Source of the DNA: a virus
DNA length: 64,000 bases
IMG/VR virus record: IMGVR_UViG_3300028392_000041
Coordinates: 1-64,000 of that record
Strand: one strand, 5' to 3'
The translations under genes and the position numbers were made by a program. Under the pieces are notes generated by a model. The model saw only the letters and a program-made list of their open reading frames with translations. It was not told the DNA's origin and did no database searches. Below, piece by piece: positions 39,636 through 49,668 of this stretch (position 1 is its first letter; every line of letters starts with the position of its first letter).

Positions 39636-41474
39636 TTATGCTGGTCTTAAGTCAGTAAATTCATAGTTGAAGCCTGCGCTTAAATCGCCAGATGCAGTTT
39701 GGTCAGCAATCATATTAACAGTTAAGTGATCTAAACCAAGTTCAGCAACTTGATGTAATGCTGAAACGACATCGTTAGATCTTGGTTTCATTGAAATTTC
39801 AAAGTCAACATCTGCTAAAGCAGTAATATAAAGATTACTAATTTGTAAATATCCAGCGTCGTAATCAACTGAACCAATTGCTGGGTCAACGATAATTTTC
39901 TGGAAATTATTATCCAATGTGTAAAGACGAATTGATCCCAAACCATCATCGTCAATATAGTGAACATCAGTACTGCCTTTGATAAAGAATCCAGTAGAAT
40001 AGATACTACCATCTGGTTGACCAGAAGCATATAATGGATTAATAATGTTTAAAACATATTGAGCAGAGATATTATATTTTACTATAAGTTTTCTTCTCAA
40101 TAAAACTGTGATATTACTATTTACAATAGATGTGTCTGCTGTATCTATTAAACGAGAAAGTTTAGAGTGTCTAAATACACCATCGAATCTTCTTAAATCA
40201 GAATTGTTATAATTAACGATAGTATCAGTTACAATTTGTTGCAACTGATTAACTGTTTTTTTAGTCCTAGTTTGATCGTAATATGCAGTAACATCTATTG
40301 CGATATTAATATATTCTGGATCAATAATTTCTGGTGTTACAGAAACCATATTTCGTTTAGAAAGAATTTGATTGAGAATATATGTTTTTTGTAAATTTGT
40401 TAATTTATCAGCATCAGTAGGAAGAACACAAATATAAACTTTACCGTATACTGCTGGATAATTTACTTCCCCACCCCAAACAGATACGGATCTTGCTTGC
40501 GGAAACCCTGATAAAATTAGTGTTTTATAATCATCAGGTGTTACCGCACGATTTTGTGCAGCATAAGATCTTGGAGCATTATAACGAATGCTTTCAATAT
40601 CTTCTGGACTACCACCACCAGTAGCAATTACTTTAGTTGAAATATTTGATGACCCACCAAGTAAACTAATACCACTATAATTGAATAATCTTGCGCCATT
40701 CGGAGCATCTAAACTTGAAACAAAATAATCAATAGTAACCACATTACCATTTACGAGTTGTGTTCCAAGAACTCCATCTCCGAAATATATTTCAAATAAA
40801 TTCCCCTCTATTTCTTTTACAAAAAATACTTTACTTGCTGAAGTTAAAGCAGATAAAATATTATTAGCAAAGGTATATGTTGTAAAATTACCAACGCTTG
40901 CTGAATCTTGAACAGTAACACGAACAGTCGTTAAATCTACATTACTATTTGGTATAATATATCTTGATCCATCGGTAACAGTATAACTATAAGAAAGTGG
41001 TGTTCCTTCCACTAATGTGACACCAGAAAAAACATATCCGTTGGCGCCATTAATAGTTGTATAATCTCCAAGATTATAAAAGGTATATGTTTGTCCATCT
41101 ACTGATGTAGTAAATGGTTGATATGTTGGTAGAGTTGTAACAGTTGGTGTTGATGTTGGATTTACAATTCTAAGATCAACAGTTGCTTTTGCGCAACTTG
41201 CTGAACGAGGAAGGTAACCAAGCATCTTAGCAAGAGAAACTACACTAGAACGCTTTGCTGCTGAATCTAAAAACATCTCATTGACAGCAAGGTTCGTATA
41301 AAGATTATTATAGTGAGTATTATAGGCAAGAACATCGATCAAAATATTAAGACCAGCGCCATCGAAGTCATAGTCTTTAAATTGGTCTTGACCACGAAGA
41401 AAGTTTTTTAAATTTTCTTTGATATTATCGAAATCTAATTCCGCTACATTAATTCGGTTGCTGGTTAGTGCCAT
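39636..41474 (-). CDS. gp6: Baseplate wedge subunit gp6
   Basis: ELDFDNIKENL..FKDYDFDG, LAYNTHYN, NEMFLDSA, AQNRAVTPDDY, WGGE. Confidence 0.95.
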   Translation of the reverse strand: MALTSNRINVAELDFDNIKENLKNFLRGQDQFKDYDFDGAGLNILIDVLAYNTHYNNLYTNLAVNEMFLDSAAKRSSVVSLAKMLGYLPRSASCAKATVDLRIVNPTSTPTVTTLPTYQPFTTSVDGQTYTFYNLGDYTTINGANGYVFSGVTLVEGTPLSYSYTVTDGSRYIIPNSNVDLTTVRVTVQDSASVGNFTTYTFANNILSALTSASKVFFVKEIEGNLFEIYFGDGVLGTQLVNGNVVTIDYFVSSLDAPNGARLFNYSGISLLGGSSNISTKVIATGGGSPEDIESIRYNAPRSYAAQNRAVTPDDYKTLILSGFPQARSVSVWGGEVNYPAVYGKVYICVLPTDADKLTNLQKTYILNQILSKRNMVSVTPEIIDPEYINIAIDVTAYYDQTRTKKTVNQLQQIVTDTIVNYNNSDLRRFDGVFRHSKLSRLIDTADTSIVNSNITVLLRRKLIVKYNISAQYVLNIINPLYASGQPDGSIYSTGFFIKGSTDVHYIDDDGLGSIRLYTLDNNFQKIIVDPAIGSVDYDAGYLQISNLYITALADVDFEISMKPRSNDVVSALHQVAELGLDHLTVNMIADQTASGDLSAGFNYEFTDLRPA

Positions 41475-42271
41475 TATCGTGTTCTCTCTAATACAAGATT
41501 AAGAAATTGAGGTGTTTGAGTGTTTAATATAGTAAAGTAAATTGAAACATCAACGCTATTATTATCAGGATTTACCTTACAATCAACTTGATCTAGCGAC
41601 ACTCTTGGCTCAAAATTATCTATTGTTTGCCTAATTGATCGTTCAAGCACAGCGCCGAGCATTGGTGTTGCTGGCTCAAATAATAATCCTCTTATCTGAG
41701 ATCCAATCTCAGGATGAAATTTTCGTTCATAATTTGTTGTTAAAATTAAATTTTTAACGGATGCTTTAATCGCATTTTCATCATAACGCTTTACAATATC
41801 TGCTGGGTTTGAATAAGTAAATCCCTGTAAAGTAACATTTTGCCTAGCAGGAGTATATAATTCTAGAGTATATGTGTCAATAGTAGATTTAACTTTACCA
41901 AGAAAAACACCATTCGAAAATATATTGCGATAGAGCATATCATATCGTTCAAAATTTGTTACAGCAGCGTCAGTTGGTCTGGCAGCACTAAATGCTAATC
42001 TTGCTGTTCCGTTCAATGCTGAACCACTTGTATGAGATGGACCAGAAGATCCAGTTATCCCAGTTAAAGTACAGGTGTATAAGTTATAATTCCAGAAAAA
42101 TGTTTGGCCAATATAGATAGGAACTCCAGCAGCCCAAAGTCTAGTTCCACGAATTAAGTTGCTGGATGTTGAAGATGAAACGACCCCTATCCCTGTATTA
42201 ATTACCAATGACATTGGTGATGGGATAAAATTTAAATCTATATCAGAGAATATTCTTGTATTTCTTGCCAT
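41474..42271 (-). CDS. gp25: Baseplate wedge subunit gp25 with a large internal insertion
   Basis: FSDIDLNF at the N-terminus; AIKASVKNLILT..YER.FHPEIGS..LLFE, FEPRV in the C-terminal half. Confidence 0.88.
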   Translation of the reverse strand: MARNTRIFSDIDLNFIPSPMSLVINTGIGVVSSSTSSNLIRGTRLWAAGVPIYIGQTFFWNYNLYTCTLTGITGSSGPSHTSGSALNGTARLAFSAARPTDAAVTNFERYDMLYRNIFSNGVFLGKVKSTIDTYTLELYTPARQNVTLQGFTYSNPADIVKRYDENAIKASVKNLILTTNYERKFHPEIGSQIRGLLFEPATPMLGAVLERSIRQTIDNFEPRVSLDQVDCKVNPDNNSVDVSIYFTILNTQTPQFLNLVLERTR

Positions 42272-42277
42272 ATGTAT

Positions 42278-42285
42278 TATTTATA
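42278..42285 (-). promoter_or_regulatory. Perfect late promoter TATAAATA
   Basis: Exact consensus, 6 nt upstream of the gp25 ATG. Confidence 0.75.
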
Positions 42286-42289
42286 AGGG

Positions 42290-42592
42290 TTATCCAAAAG
42301 AAGTATTACCAGCCAAAACAGCGATTGTATCATTATCATCTAACAGATCTCCCTCAAATGCCACAGGATGTCCTTCCATAAAGAAAGTGGAAGGAGTGCT
42401 TTGAGTTGCTTTTACTGTTCTAGACCCATGGTGGGTAACTAAATCAGGATGATCGTTATAAACTGTTGTTCCACGCCATTGTATTTTTCTACCAGCAAAA
42501 GTAACTGTTGAGGTAAATGGACCAATTGGCAGGGTAGGTGTTTTACCACAAGCCCCAGTCGATTTATTATTTTCAGTTGCTATTGCTGGCAT
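42290..42592 (-). CDS. PAAR-like spike tip protein (gp5.4-like)
   Basis: MPAIA start, His-containing loop, STFFMEGHPVAFEGD; directly after gp5. Confidence 0.65.
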   Translation of the reverse strand: MPAIATENNKSTGACGKTPTLPIGPFTSTVTFAGRKIQWRGTTVYNDHPDLVTHHGSRTVKATQSTPSTFFMEGHPVAFEGDLLDDNDTIAVLAGNTSFG

Positions 42593-45513
42593 TATGCTTT
42601 ACTCGGTCTATAAATTGCTACCAAAGATCCATTTCCTGGAACATTATATCCAGATGGCCAAGAGTTATTAACTGTACCACCTGATGGATTATTTGCTGCT
42701 TTGTCTGCTTGGTTTCCACCAACGAATGTTAGTTTACCTCCGACATTACTGTATACAAAATTAACATGTCGATATTTCCAGAAAGCAATATCTCCTGGCT
42801 GAGCATCGGCAAGGTTTTCAATTTTTGTCGCATTCCAACGAGCAGTGTTAGTTGTAATTTCAGCAGCAGAAGCTGTCTGAACATAACGATAACCACACTG
42901 CTTCAGTGTCCAGTTTACGAATCCCATACACCAAGCAGTTTGGTCAGTTACCCACAATCCTGACTTAGGATATCCAAGGTCTGCCCAAATACGAGTAATA
43001 TTAGCATTTGATACTGCGCCACCCATGCCTGTTTCTGACCAATATCCAGATTGAGCCAACTGAAGTTGTTTCTGTAAGAAAAGATAAATGTCTCCAGTTG
43101 TGTTTGTGGCAATTAAACTCTTACCTTGTCCATCGTCTTTTGGAGTTCCTGCGTAATTTTCTTTTACGCCACCTTCTGCTGCTTCAGGATTTTTATATTT
43201 TGCAGGATTGGCAATATAATCTGCAACTAATGCGTTATTCTCTTCATCGATAGCATATTTTAATTGAATAGGAGGAGAAGGTCTAACAGGAGTTGTTAGA
43301 TAGTTGAACTGATTGCTTCTTCCTTCAGAAAAATCAAGATATGTAAGAGCAACTGTATTTGCTTCTACTGCTGGTGCGCCAGTAGCAGTTCCCGCAGCAC
43401 CTTCTTGTCCATGGAACTGTGTTCCATCAACATTAATATTTCCACCAGCACGGATATGATTATCTCCACCAGCAGTATTATAAACTGCGCCAGATGCATT
43501 AATATGCGTATCGCCAGCAGAGTCGGCATAAAATTTACCAGATGCTTTCATACTAACATCAACACCAGAAGTTACGCCAAAAGATTTTCCAGTATTTTGT
43601 GTAATATTATCTGCAGCAGTTACGCCAAATTTTGCTTCAGTTTTAAAATCAATACTACCACCTGCTTGAACTTTAAAGTTTCCACCGACAGCAAGATTTA
43701 AGTCGCCACCGACACCAATGTCAGCATTATTCTGCAAATTAACAGTGGCATAACCATCTACCTGAATATCGGCTGTTCCTTGAACAAGAATATTAACACC
43801 ATTACCAACAGTTAGGTTTGCTTTACCAGCAATAAAGATTGAACCATTACGATCTATAATCGTATATCCATCGCCGACAATCTTATTAACTTGTGTTCCA
43901 TTAGCATCTATATCAAGGAATGTTCCTTGTTTATGATATAAACTTAGTGTTTCATTTTCAGGTGTATCGTCAAGAACAAATAAATGTCCTGATTCTGTTT
44001 CTAAAACTTTTGCATATGGATACATACCACCGAACGGAGCAAGAGGTTGATCCCATGAGTCATCGCCATTCGCAGCAGGAATGGCAATAGTTCTTACTGA
44101 GTCTTTAAACTCAATCGCTGTTTCTTTAATAACACCACGAGCCAAACGATTAGTATCTGGTTCATCTAATAAATTACGAAGTGGATATTTACCCTTCGGA
44201 TCTCTGAACCCAAGGATATTTGAATCTGATCGATCTTCAAGCAATGCTGCTTGTTTAGCAGGTGGAAGATCTGCCACTTCTGCTGCTGTATAAACTCTTT
44301 GGTCATCGGCAGAAGGTTTATTTGTTGAATCAACTGCGACAACAGCACCAAGGAAATACTCATAGAACTTTTGTTTCTTTGCGTAACCAGTTCCATTAGC
44401 ATCTGCACCTGTTCGTTTTAAAGCAGCAACGAAATACCCTGGATCATTTTGATCATGTTTAACATTAATAGCATAAAATGCAGCTGTAGCCAAAGCGGAA
44501 GTAGCAGGATCGTCAACTAAAGATCCTGGATTATTTGTAAAATCAACAACAACACCCTTTGTTGCTAGATATTTTTGTAACTGTATATAAAGCGATTTAC
44601 CTGTAATCTGATTAAATCCACGACCATAATATTTACCACCATCATCTGGATCTTTGTGTCCAAGTAATTTACCATTACCTTCTGGTGAATATATTTTCTT
44701 AAAGAAGTCAAATTTTGTACCAGCCCATTTAGTATATTCCTGCGCATCAGCTTCTGTTGGAAATGTTCTTTTAAAAATTGCGGAAAGGGAACTTGCTTTT
44801 GAGTAATAAGAACCTTCTTCAACACACAACCATGATGATTCACCACCACAAATTCCAAGAATTGCACATTTAGCATACTTACTTGTTAATCCAACTTTGT
44901 CGCAAGCATCTAGCAGATACTGAATATTTTGTTTAGCAACAGTTGGGTTAGCAGTTGATCCTTTTGGTGGATCTGTTGTAATATCTTGTTTAAGAACAGT
45001 ATCCGATGGTTTATTTGGTGTCTTCTGTTCTGTTAGATTTGGAACATCGGCAGCTGTTGTTGGCTTAGAAGTTGAGGGTGGATTTGCTCGAGAATCAGAA
45101 GTTCCAACAGTAACAGGAATACCAGAAGCATTAGTGACTTCAGTTCCTGATGAGTCAACTAAAATTCCACCATCGGTAACAATCATATCGCTGTCTGATT
45201 CTTCAATCGCAATTTCCGCTGATTTACTTTGCGGAATACCACCAATCGTACCAAGCATAATAGGTTTCTGCTGGTCTTGATCTGTGAAAGTAACAAGAAC
45301 CCATGTTCCATTTACTGGACCAACAGGTGACCAACCAATACCATTCATTGAAGCAGAATTGATTGGAGACACAGGAACTGCCCAAGGCAAATCGGCAGTT
45401 GGTAGTAGTGATTTATTTTCTGTATGTAAACCAACAATACGAACTTGGCAGCGACCAATCTTTAATGGGTCATCTCTGTTCTCAACTACACCTGTATAAA
45501 ATGGCTGGTTCAT
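42592..45513 (-). CDS. gp5: Baseplate hub/spike gp5 with GH19-like and C-terminal CHAP/NlpC-like domains
   Basis: GVVENRDDPLKIGRCQVRIVG..LPWA OB-fold; YYGRGFNQITG GH19-like; YPYAKVLETESGH...DDTP beta-helix; TAWCMGFVNW...PGDI...HVNFV...GGNQ. Confidence 0.9.
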   Translation of the reverse strand: MNQPFYTGVVENRDDPLKIGRCQVRIVGLHTENKSLLPTADLPWAVPVSPINSASMNGIGWSPVGPVNGTWVLVTFTDQDQQKPIMLGTIGGIPQSKSAEIAIEESDSDMIVTDGGILVDSSGTEVTNASGIPVTVGTSDSRANPPSTSKPTTAADVPNLTEQKTPNKPSDTVLKQDITTDPPKGSTANPTVAKQNIQYLLDACDKVGLTSKYAKCAILGICGGESSWLCVEEGSYYSKASSLSAIFKRTFPTEADAQEYTKWAGTKFDFFKKIYSPEGNGKLLGHKDPDDGGKYYGRGFNQITGKSLYIQLQKYLATKGVVVDFTNNPGSLVDDPATSALATAAFYAINVKHDQNDPGYFVAALKRTGADANGTGYAKKQKFYEYFLGAVVAVDSTNKPSADDQRVYTAAEVADLPPAKQAALLEDRSDSNILGFRDPKGKYPLRNLLDEPDTNRLARGVIKETAIEFKDSVRTIAIPAANGDDSWDQPLAPFGGMYPYAKVLETESGHLFVLDDTPENETLSLYHKQGTFLDIDANGTQVNKIVGDGYTIIDRNGSIFIAGKANLTVGNGVNILVQGTADIQVDGYATVNLQNNADIGVGGDLNLAVGGNFKVQAGGSIDFKTEAKFGVTAADNITQNTGKSFGVTSGVDVSMKASGKFYADSAGDTHINASGAVYNTAGGDNHIRAGGNINVDGTQFHGQEGAAGTATGAPAVEANTVALTYLDFSEGRSNQFNYLTTPVRPSPPIQLKYAIDEENNALVADYIANPAKYKNPEAAEGGVKENYAGTPKDDGQGKSLIATNTTGDIYLFLQKQLQLAQSGYWSETGMGGAVSNANITRIWADLGYPKSGLWVTDQTAWCMGFVNWTLKQCGYRYVQTASAAEITTNTARWNATKIENLADAQPGDIAFWKYRHVNFVYSNVGGKLTFVGGNQADKAANNPSGGTVNNSWPSGYNVPGNGSLVAIYRPSKA

Positions 45514-46844
45514 GATGTTTTACCTGTCTTCAAATCAAATATTAAACTGTCTTTAATTGCTTCTATGTAAGAATGATGCGCTTCTCTATCAATGTAGTGA
45601 TTAATTGCCGAGATTAAATAATTTCCACTGTACATTTTATCTTTTGTATCTTCTGGTGTATCTTCGCTAGATGTTGGTTCTGCTTTATTAATATCTAGAT
45701 AAATTTTCTGCCCAACAGTATAATCTGTTCTACCCTTTACCTTCAATGATACTTTAAATGCTTCTGCCTGTTTCATTCTGGAGATACGATCTTGAATGGC
45801 ACGGGACTGAGAAATATCACCAAATCCAGTAAACAATTGATTTTCGGTTTCTGTTACAATAATTTTCGCACCAATTCTTGCTGAAACCTCATCAGTAGTG
45901 ATTGGAAATTTATTCAATCGAGTTTCTTTACCTTCATTAAATTTGGCAAGGTAATCATAGTTGATAGTTTTGTATCTTTTAGTTGTTGAATCATGAACAA
46001 TTTGTCTTGATGCGTATGTCGCATTTCTAACTCTATCAATATAATCAAATCCAGAAGAAATATGAATTTCTAAAATCTTTTGAAATTCCTTATCTATAAC
46101 GCGAGTAGATCCACCCGATGGACTTACGATTGTTGTTGGAACACCATACTTAAACATTTGATGGGGTTCTTTGTCGTTTAAGTAATCTAAACTTACAAAA
46201 TTAAAACCTTGTCTATTTTCAAAAAACAAATAAGTTGTACTACCATTAGGATTAGTTGCTTGTTGAAGAATATAATTTATACACTTAGTTGGTGCCCAAT
46301 AATTTGAAACAAATTTTGTTTCATTTTTTGTATTTTCAAGAACTAATTGTTTATCAGATGCCAAAAAGTTTTTATCTTTTATGATTGAAGCTGCGATATC
46401 TGAAATTTTACCTTTAAATGGTCTACTCAAAGATAAATTTAAATCGGCAACTGCTTCGGCAGAAATAAAGTGAAGCTGATAAACAACACTCTTATCTGCA
46501 ACATATTCTCTATCTGTTATTTTGTAAATATAAAATCTATCTTCAATAATACCAGCACCACCCAATGATTGATCAAGGGTAGGTGTAAAGATTTTTAAAT
46601 CCACAAACTCTTGTCCAACATATGGTAAGTTGTTTACCAAATCTAAAGAATCTTTGATGATAATTGACCCAGTTGTAAAAGGACTGAATAAGTCTTCAAA
46701 TATTTGAATAGTAAGAACTTGGTTTTTAATGTCAAATGATGCCCCACTGGCAAGAGAAACGATCTCTACCTTTTCAATATTTACATCACCAGCTTGTCTT
46801 AACTCTGCAGATGATATGTCAATAATTTCTTTTTGTTCAGTCAT
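45510..46844 (-). CDS. Baseplate hub protein (gp27-like)
   Basis: IFEDLFSPFTTGSI, FFENRQGFNFVSL, SGNYLISAINH; lies between gp53 and gp5. Confidence 0.65.
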   Translation of the reverse strand: MTEQKEIIDISSAELRQAGDVNIEKVEIVSLASGASFDIKNQVLTIQIFEDLFSPFTTGSIIIKDSLDLVNNLPYVGQEFVDLKIFTPTLDQSLGGAGIIEDRFYIYKITDREYVADKSVVYQLHFISAEAVADLNLSLSRPFKGKISDIAASIIKDKNFLASDKQLVLENTKNETKFVSNYWAPTKCINYILQQATNPNGSTTYLFFENRQGFNFVSLDYLNDKEPHQMFKYGVPTTIVSPSGGSTRVIDKEFQKILEIHISSGFDYIDRVRNATYASRQIVHDSTTKRYKTINYDYLAKFNEGKETRLNKFPITTDEVSARIGAKIIVTETENQLFTGFGDISQSRAIQDRISRMKQAEAFKVSLKVKGRTDYTVGQKIYLDINKAEPTSSEDTPEDTKDKMYSGNYLISAINHYIDREAHHSYIEAIKDSLIFDLKTGKTS

Positions 46845-47374
46845 TATGAGAACGATGTAGAATATTGTTTAACGATAGAATCTATAACATCTTTAGACAG
46901 TAATTTAATTCTTCGTTTTGATTCGTTTATCCTATTTTCGTAGTCGAAATTATCGACAGGACTGGCTCCTGGAAATGATGGCATTACAACATGTGTTGTG
47001 GCAATTCCTGAGTTTGTCGTAGCATCAACTGTAGCTTCATAGTGATGAGTATGGTATTCATTACCTGCGCCATATTTGTCTGTTACATATTTTCCAAGTG
47101 TATTATAATTTAATGGGAAATCGCTTCTATAATCATAGAGTCCATTAAAAATCATAATAATCCAATGGTATTTTGGTGTACCATAAACTTTTGTGGAAAT
47201 TATTTCAGGAGTTTCGTCATCTAGAATATCATAATAATCATACATGGTATAATTTTCAAGATCTTTTGTAAGAAACCTGACATTTGTTGTAATGTCTTTG
47301 ACAATTTTTAACGATGGGTTTCCTTCTTTATCTAGAAAGTCGTAGTAAATATTTGGCATTAAAGCGAAGTACAT
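46844..47374 (-). CDS. gp53: Baseplate wedge protein gp53
   Basis: MYF..P.I.Y, ETPEIIS.KVYG...HWIIM..N, YENRINESKRRIKLL. Confidence 0.9.
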   Translation of the reverse strand: MYFALMPNIYYDFLDKEGNPSLKIVKDITTNVRFLTKDLENYTMYDYYDILDDETPEIISTKVYGTPKYHWIIMIFNGLYDYRSDFPLNYNTLGKYVTDKYGAGNEYHTHHYEATVDATTNSGIATTHVVMPSFPGASPVDNFDYENRINESKRRIKLLSKDVIDSIVKQYSTSFS

Positions 47375-47375
47375 T

Positions 47376-48587
47376 TTAGTAGTTTTCCTCGATTTGTTTC
47401 TTAGTAAGAATAGCCAGTTCTTTAAAGGATAATGTTATATCGATTTGAGTAGGCATACCATCTTCGAACGCATTAAACATACCATTTGGCGTATAATTCA
47501 CATTCATATCTGTAAGCACACAGGATGTATGACGATGTAGATTCAAATTTTCTTTACCATTATTATAGTAGAAAATATCAAATTCAGATGGATAGATAAA
47601 CACAAAGTTATTTGAATCTTTGTATTCAGGATGCATATGAATTTTAAATTCTTTAATGATGTTTAACACATTTTTTGCTTCATTGGAATTTCTTGGAAAA
47701 AACTTATAATCTAAACTAAATGTTCTAAACTCAACTGATTTGAATAAATTTTCTTTCTTTGGGTTTGCTGCTAAACCAGACTGAGCAGAAAGAGCTGCTG
47801 CTTGTGGACCTTTAGATAATGCTAAAGATGCGACAATAGCATTGACAGTTCCAGTAGCATTTGTTAAATTGCCAGTTGTCATTGCTTTAACTAATTCAGT
47901 ACCACCTGTTGCTGCCATTTGATACGCAGCAGTATCTTCAGCAGACCAGTCCATTTGATAACGAATACTTAACTGATTTGGAACATGAAGCGCAATTGCT
48001 TTCTTTAGTCGTTTCTGTTGTTTAGTTAATTTTCCACCTGATAGTGCGCCAACAGCAGTTGCGCCAATACCACCAGCAATTAATGGACCAGCTGCACCAG
48101 CCATCGCTCCACCAACAACACTTTTAGTTGCTACACTGGCAGCTGTAAATATACGAGAACTTCTTGATACATTTTTGATTCCACCAGCCATCTTTGCTTT
48201 TTCTGCTAACGATGATGCAATTTTTCCAGGAGCAGCTACTGCTCCAGCAGCAGCACCTGCAGCGCCAAGGGCAATGGCTGATGGACCAGCTGTTCCAGCA
48301 ATCGTTTGAGCGAGGTTATAATTATTTGACGCAAGATCACCCTGCATTCTGGCAGGAACTAAAGAAGCATCAACAGTTGGTTCTTTATTGACTTTTAAAA
48401 CTCTTGAATCTTCAGCTACATTAATGTAGAAAATAACATAATTTCCACCATAAACTTGGTTATTAGAATATAAATCGCTTGGATATGAATATTGTTTAAT
48501 ATCATACTGCGATGGAGTAAATTCTGTTGGTACTCCAGCTGCTCTTGGTGGGGCACTCTTAGTTGGTGTTGCTTGGGTATCTGCCAT
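47376..48587 (-). CDS. gp48: Baseplate tail-tube cap gp48
   Basis: YSYPSDL, ANPKKENLFKSVEFRTFSLDYKFFPRN, VNYTPNG, LSFKELAIL. Confidence 0.85.
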   Translation of the reverse strand: MADTQATPTKSAPPRAAGVPTEFTPSQYDIKQYSYPSDLYSNNQVYGGNYVIFYINVAEDSRVLKVNKEPTVDASLVPARMQGDLASNNYNLAQTIAGTAGPSAIALGAAGAAAGAVAAPGKIASSLAEKAKMAGGIKNVSRSSRIFTAASVATKSVVGGAMAGAAGPLIAGGIGATAVGALSGGKLTKQQKRLKKAIALHVPNQLSIRYQMDWSAEDTAAYQMAATGGTELVKAMTTGNLTNATGTVNAIVASLALSKGPQAAALSAQSGLAANPKKENLFKSVEFRTFSLDYKFFPRNSNEAKNVLNIIKEFKIHMHPEYKDSNNFVFIYPSEFDIFYYNNGKENLNLHRHTSCVLTDMNVNYTPNGMFNAFEDGMPTQIDITLSFKELAILTKKQIEENY

Positions 48588-48594
48588 GTTTTTC

Positions 48595-48631
48595 TCTAAA
48601 TAGTAGATTAGATCGTTATAGTATATTTATG
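48595..48631. promoter_or_regulatory. Overlapping divergent late promoters (TCTAAATA on + for gp4; CATAAATA on - for gp48)
   Basis: Two NNTAAATA motifs in opposite orientations within the short divergent intergenic region. Confidence 0.6.
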
Positions 48632-49063
48632 TTCCACAAAAGAAAGTTTACACCAACAAACCCACAAAAATACTCTGGGGATCCAACAAACATAATTATG
48701 AGATCCAGCTGGGAAACCAAGTTTGCTAACTGGTGTGATGTAAATCCAAGTATAGTTAAGTGGGTTTCAGAGGAAACTATTATCCCTTATCGTTGTGGCA
48801 CAGATAACAAAATACATCGTTATTTCGTTGACTTTAAGATCGTTGTAAAAGAGTCAACTGGTAATCTTAAAACATATCTGGTTGAAATTAAACCATACAA
48901 ACAGACAATTCCTCCTGTGTTTCCTGGACGCCAAACTCAGCGTTATCTTCAAGAATCATTCGCTTATATCAAGAACCAGTCTAAATGGTCTGCAGCGACA
49001 CAGTATGCAAAAGAGCGAGGTTGGGAGTTTATTAAACTGACGGAACATGAACTGGGACTATAA
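48629..49063 (+). CDS. gp4: Head completion nuclease gp4 (start re-assigned to MFHKRK)
   Basis: PTNPQKYSGDP..I..RSSWE, HRYFVDF, LVEIKP, NQSKW.AA. Confidence 0.92.
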   Translation: MFHKRKFTPTNPQKYSGDPTNIIMRSSWETKFANWCDVNPSIVKWVSEETIIPYRCGTDNKIHRYFVDFKIVVKESTGNLKTYLVEIKPYKQTIPPVFPGRQTQRYLQESFAYIKNQSKWSAATQYAKERGWEFIKLTEHELGL

Positions 49064-49066
49064 ATA
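49059..49066 (+). promoter_or_regulatory. Perfect late promoter TATAAATA
   Basis: Exact consensus, 5 nt upstream of the gp2 ATG. Confidence 0.75.
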
Positions 49067-49071
49067 TACTT

Positions 49072-49668
49072 ATGGCTACTAAATCTCAAATGCAGGATAT
49101 CTTTGATAAGTATCGCTACGATCCTTCGATAGTGAAAAAGTCTAAGACTTGGTTCGAACAACAAGCACTGTTGTTGAGTAAGAAACGCATCACACCACAA
49201 ATGGTGATTAATAATGACCCAGCAAATGTAAAAAGCCCAAATGCTATTATGCCTGGAAAAATGTATATGTTTTTCTATGATCCAAAGCTGAAGGCAGAAT
49301 TACCATACTACGATAAGTTTCCACTAGTGTTCCCATTTAGAAGAATGGAAGATGGGTTTATCGGTTTAAACATGCACTACCTTCCACATAGATTAAGAAT
49401 TATGCTTATGGACAGGTTGATGATATTTGCAAACAATGACAAAATGGACGCTACAACAAAATTGCGTTACTCTTGGGCATTGATTGATGGTGTGGCTAAG
49501 TTTAATTTGGCCAAGCCATGTGTTAAAAGATATTTAACAAACCACTTAAAATCTCAGTTGGTAAATGTGCCAGCAGATGATTGGACAACAGCATTGATGC
49601 TTCCTGTAGAGAGATTTACTAAAGCATCTAAAGAATATGTCTGGTCAGAATCTAGGAAAAAGATATGA
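49072..49668 (+). CDS. gp2: DNA end protector protein
   Basis: GKMYMFFYDPK..LPYYDKFPL, GLNMHYLP, CVKRYL. Confidence 0.92.
   Translation: MATKSQMQDIFDKYRYDPSIVKKSKTWFEQQALLLSKKRITPQMVINNDPANVKSPNAIMPGKMYMFFYDPKLKAELPYYDKFPLVFPFRRMEDGFIGLNMHYLPHRLRIMLMDRLMIFANNDKMDATTKLRYSWALIDGVAKFNLAKPCVKRYLTNHLKSQLVNVPADDWTTALMLPVERFTKASKEYVWSESRKKI

Noticed and set aside
5008-44876. Many plus-strand and alternative-frame ORFs in the track (e.g. 5008..5541, 35403..35945, 37677..38093, 14918..15235)
   Set aside because: Shadow ORFs produced by biased Thr/Gly/Ala codon usage of the real minus-strand genes; no SD or recognisable motifs
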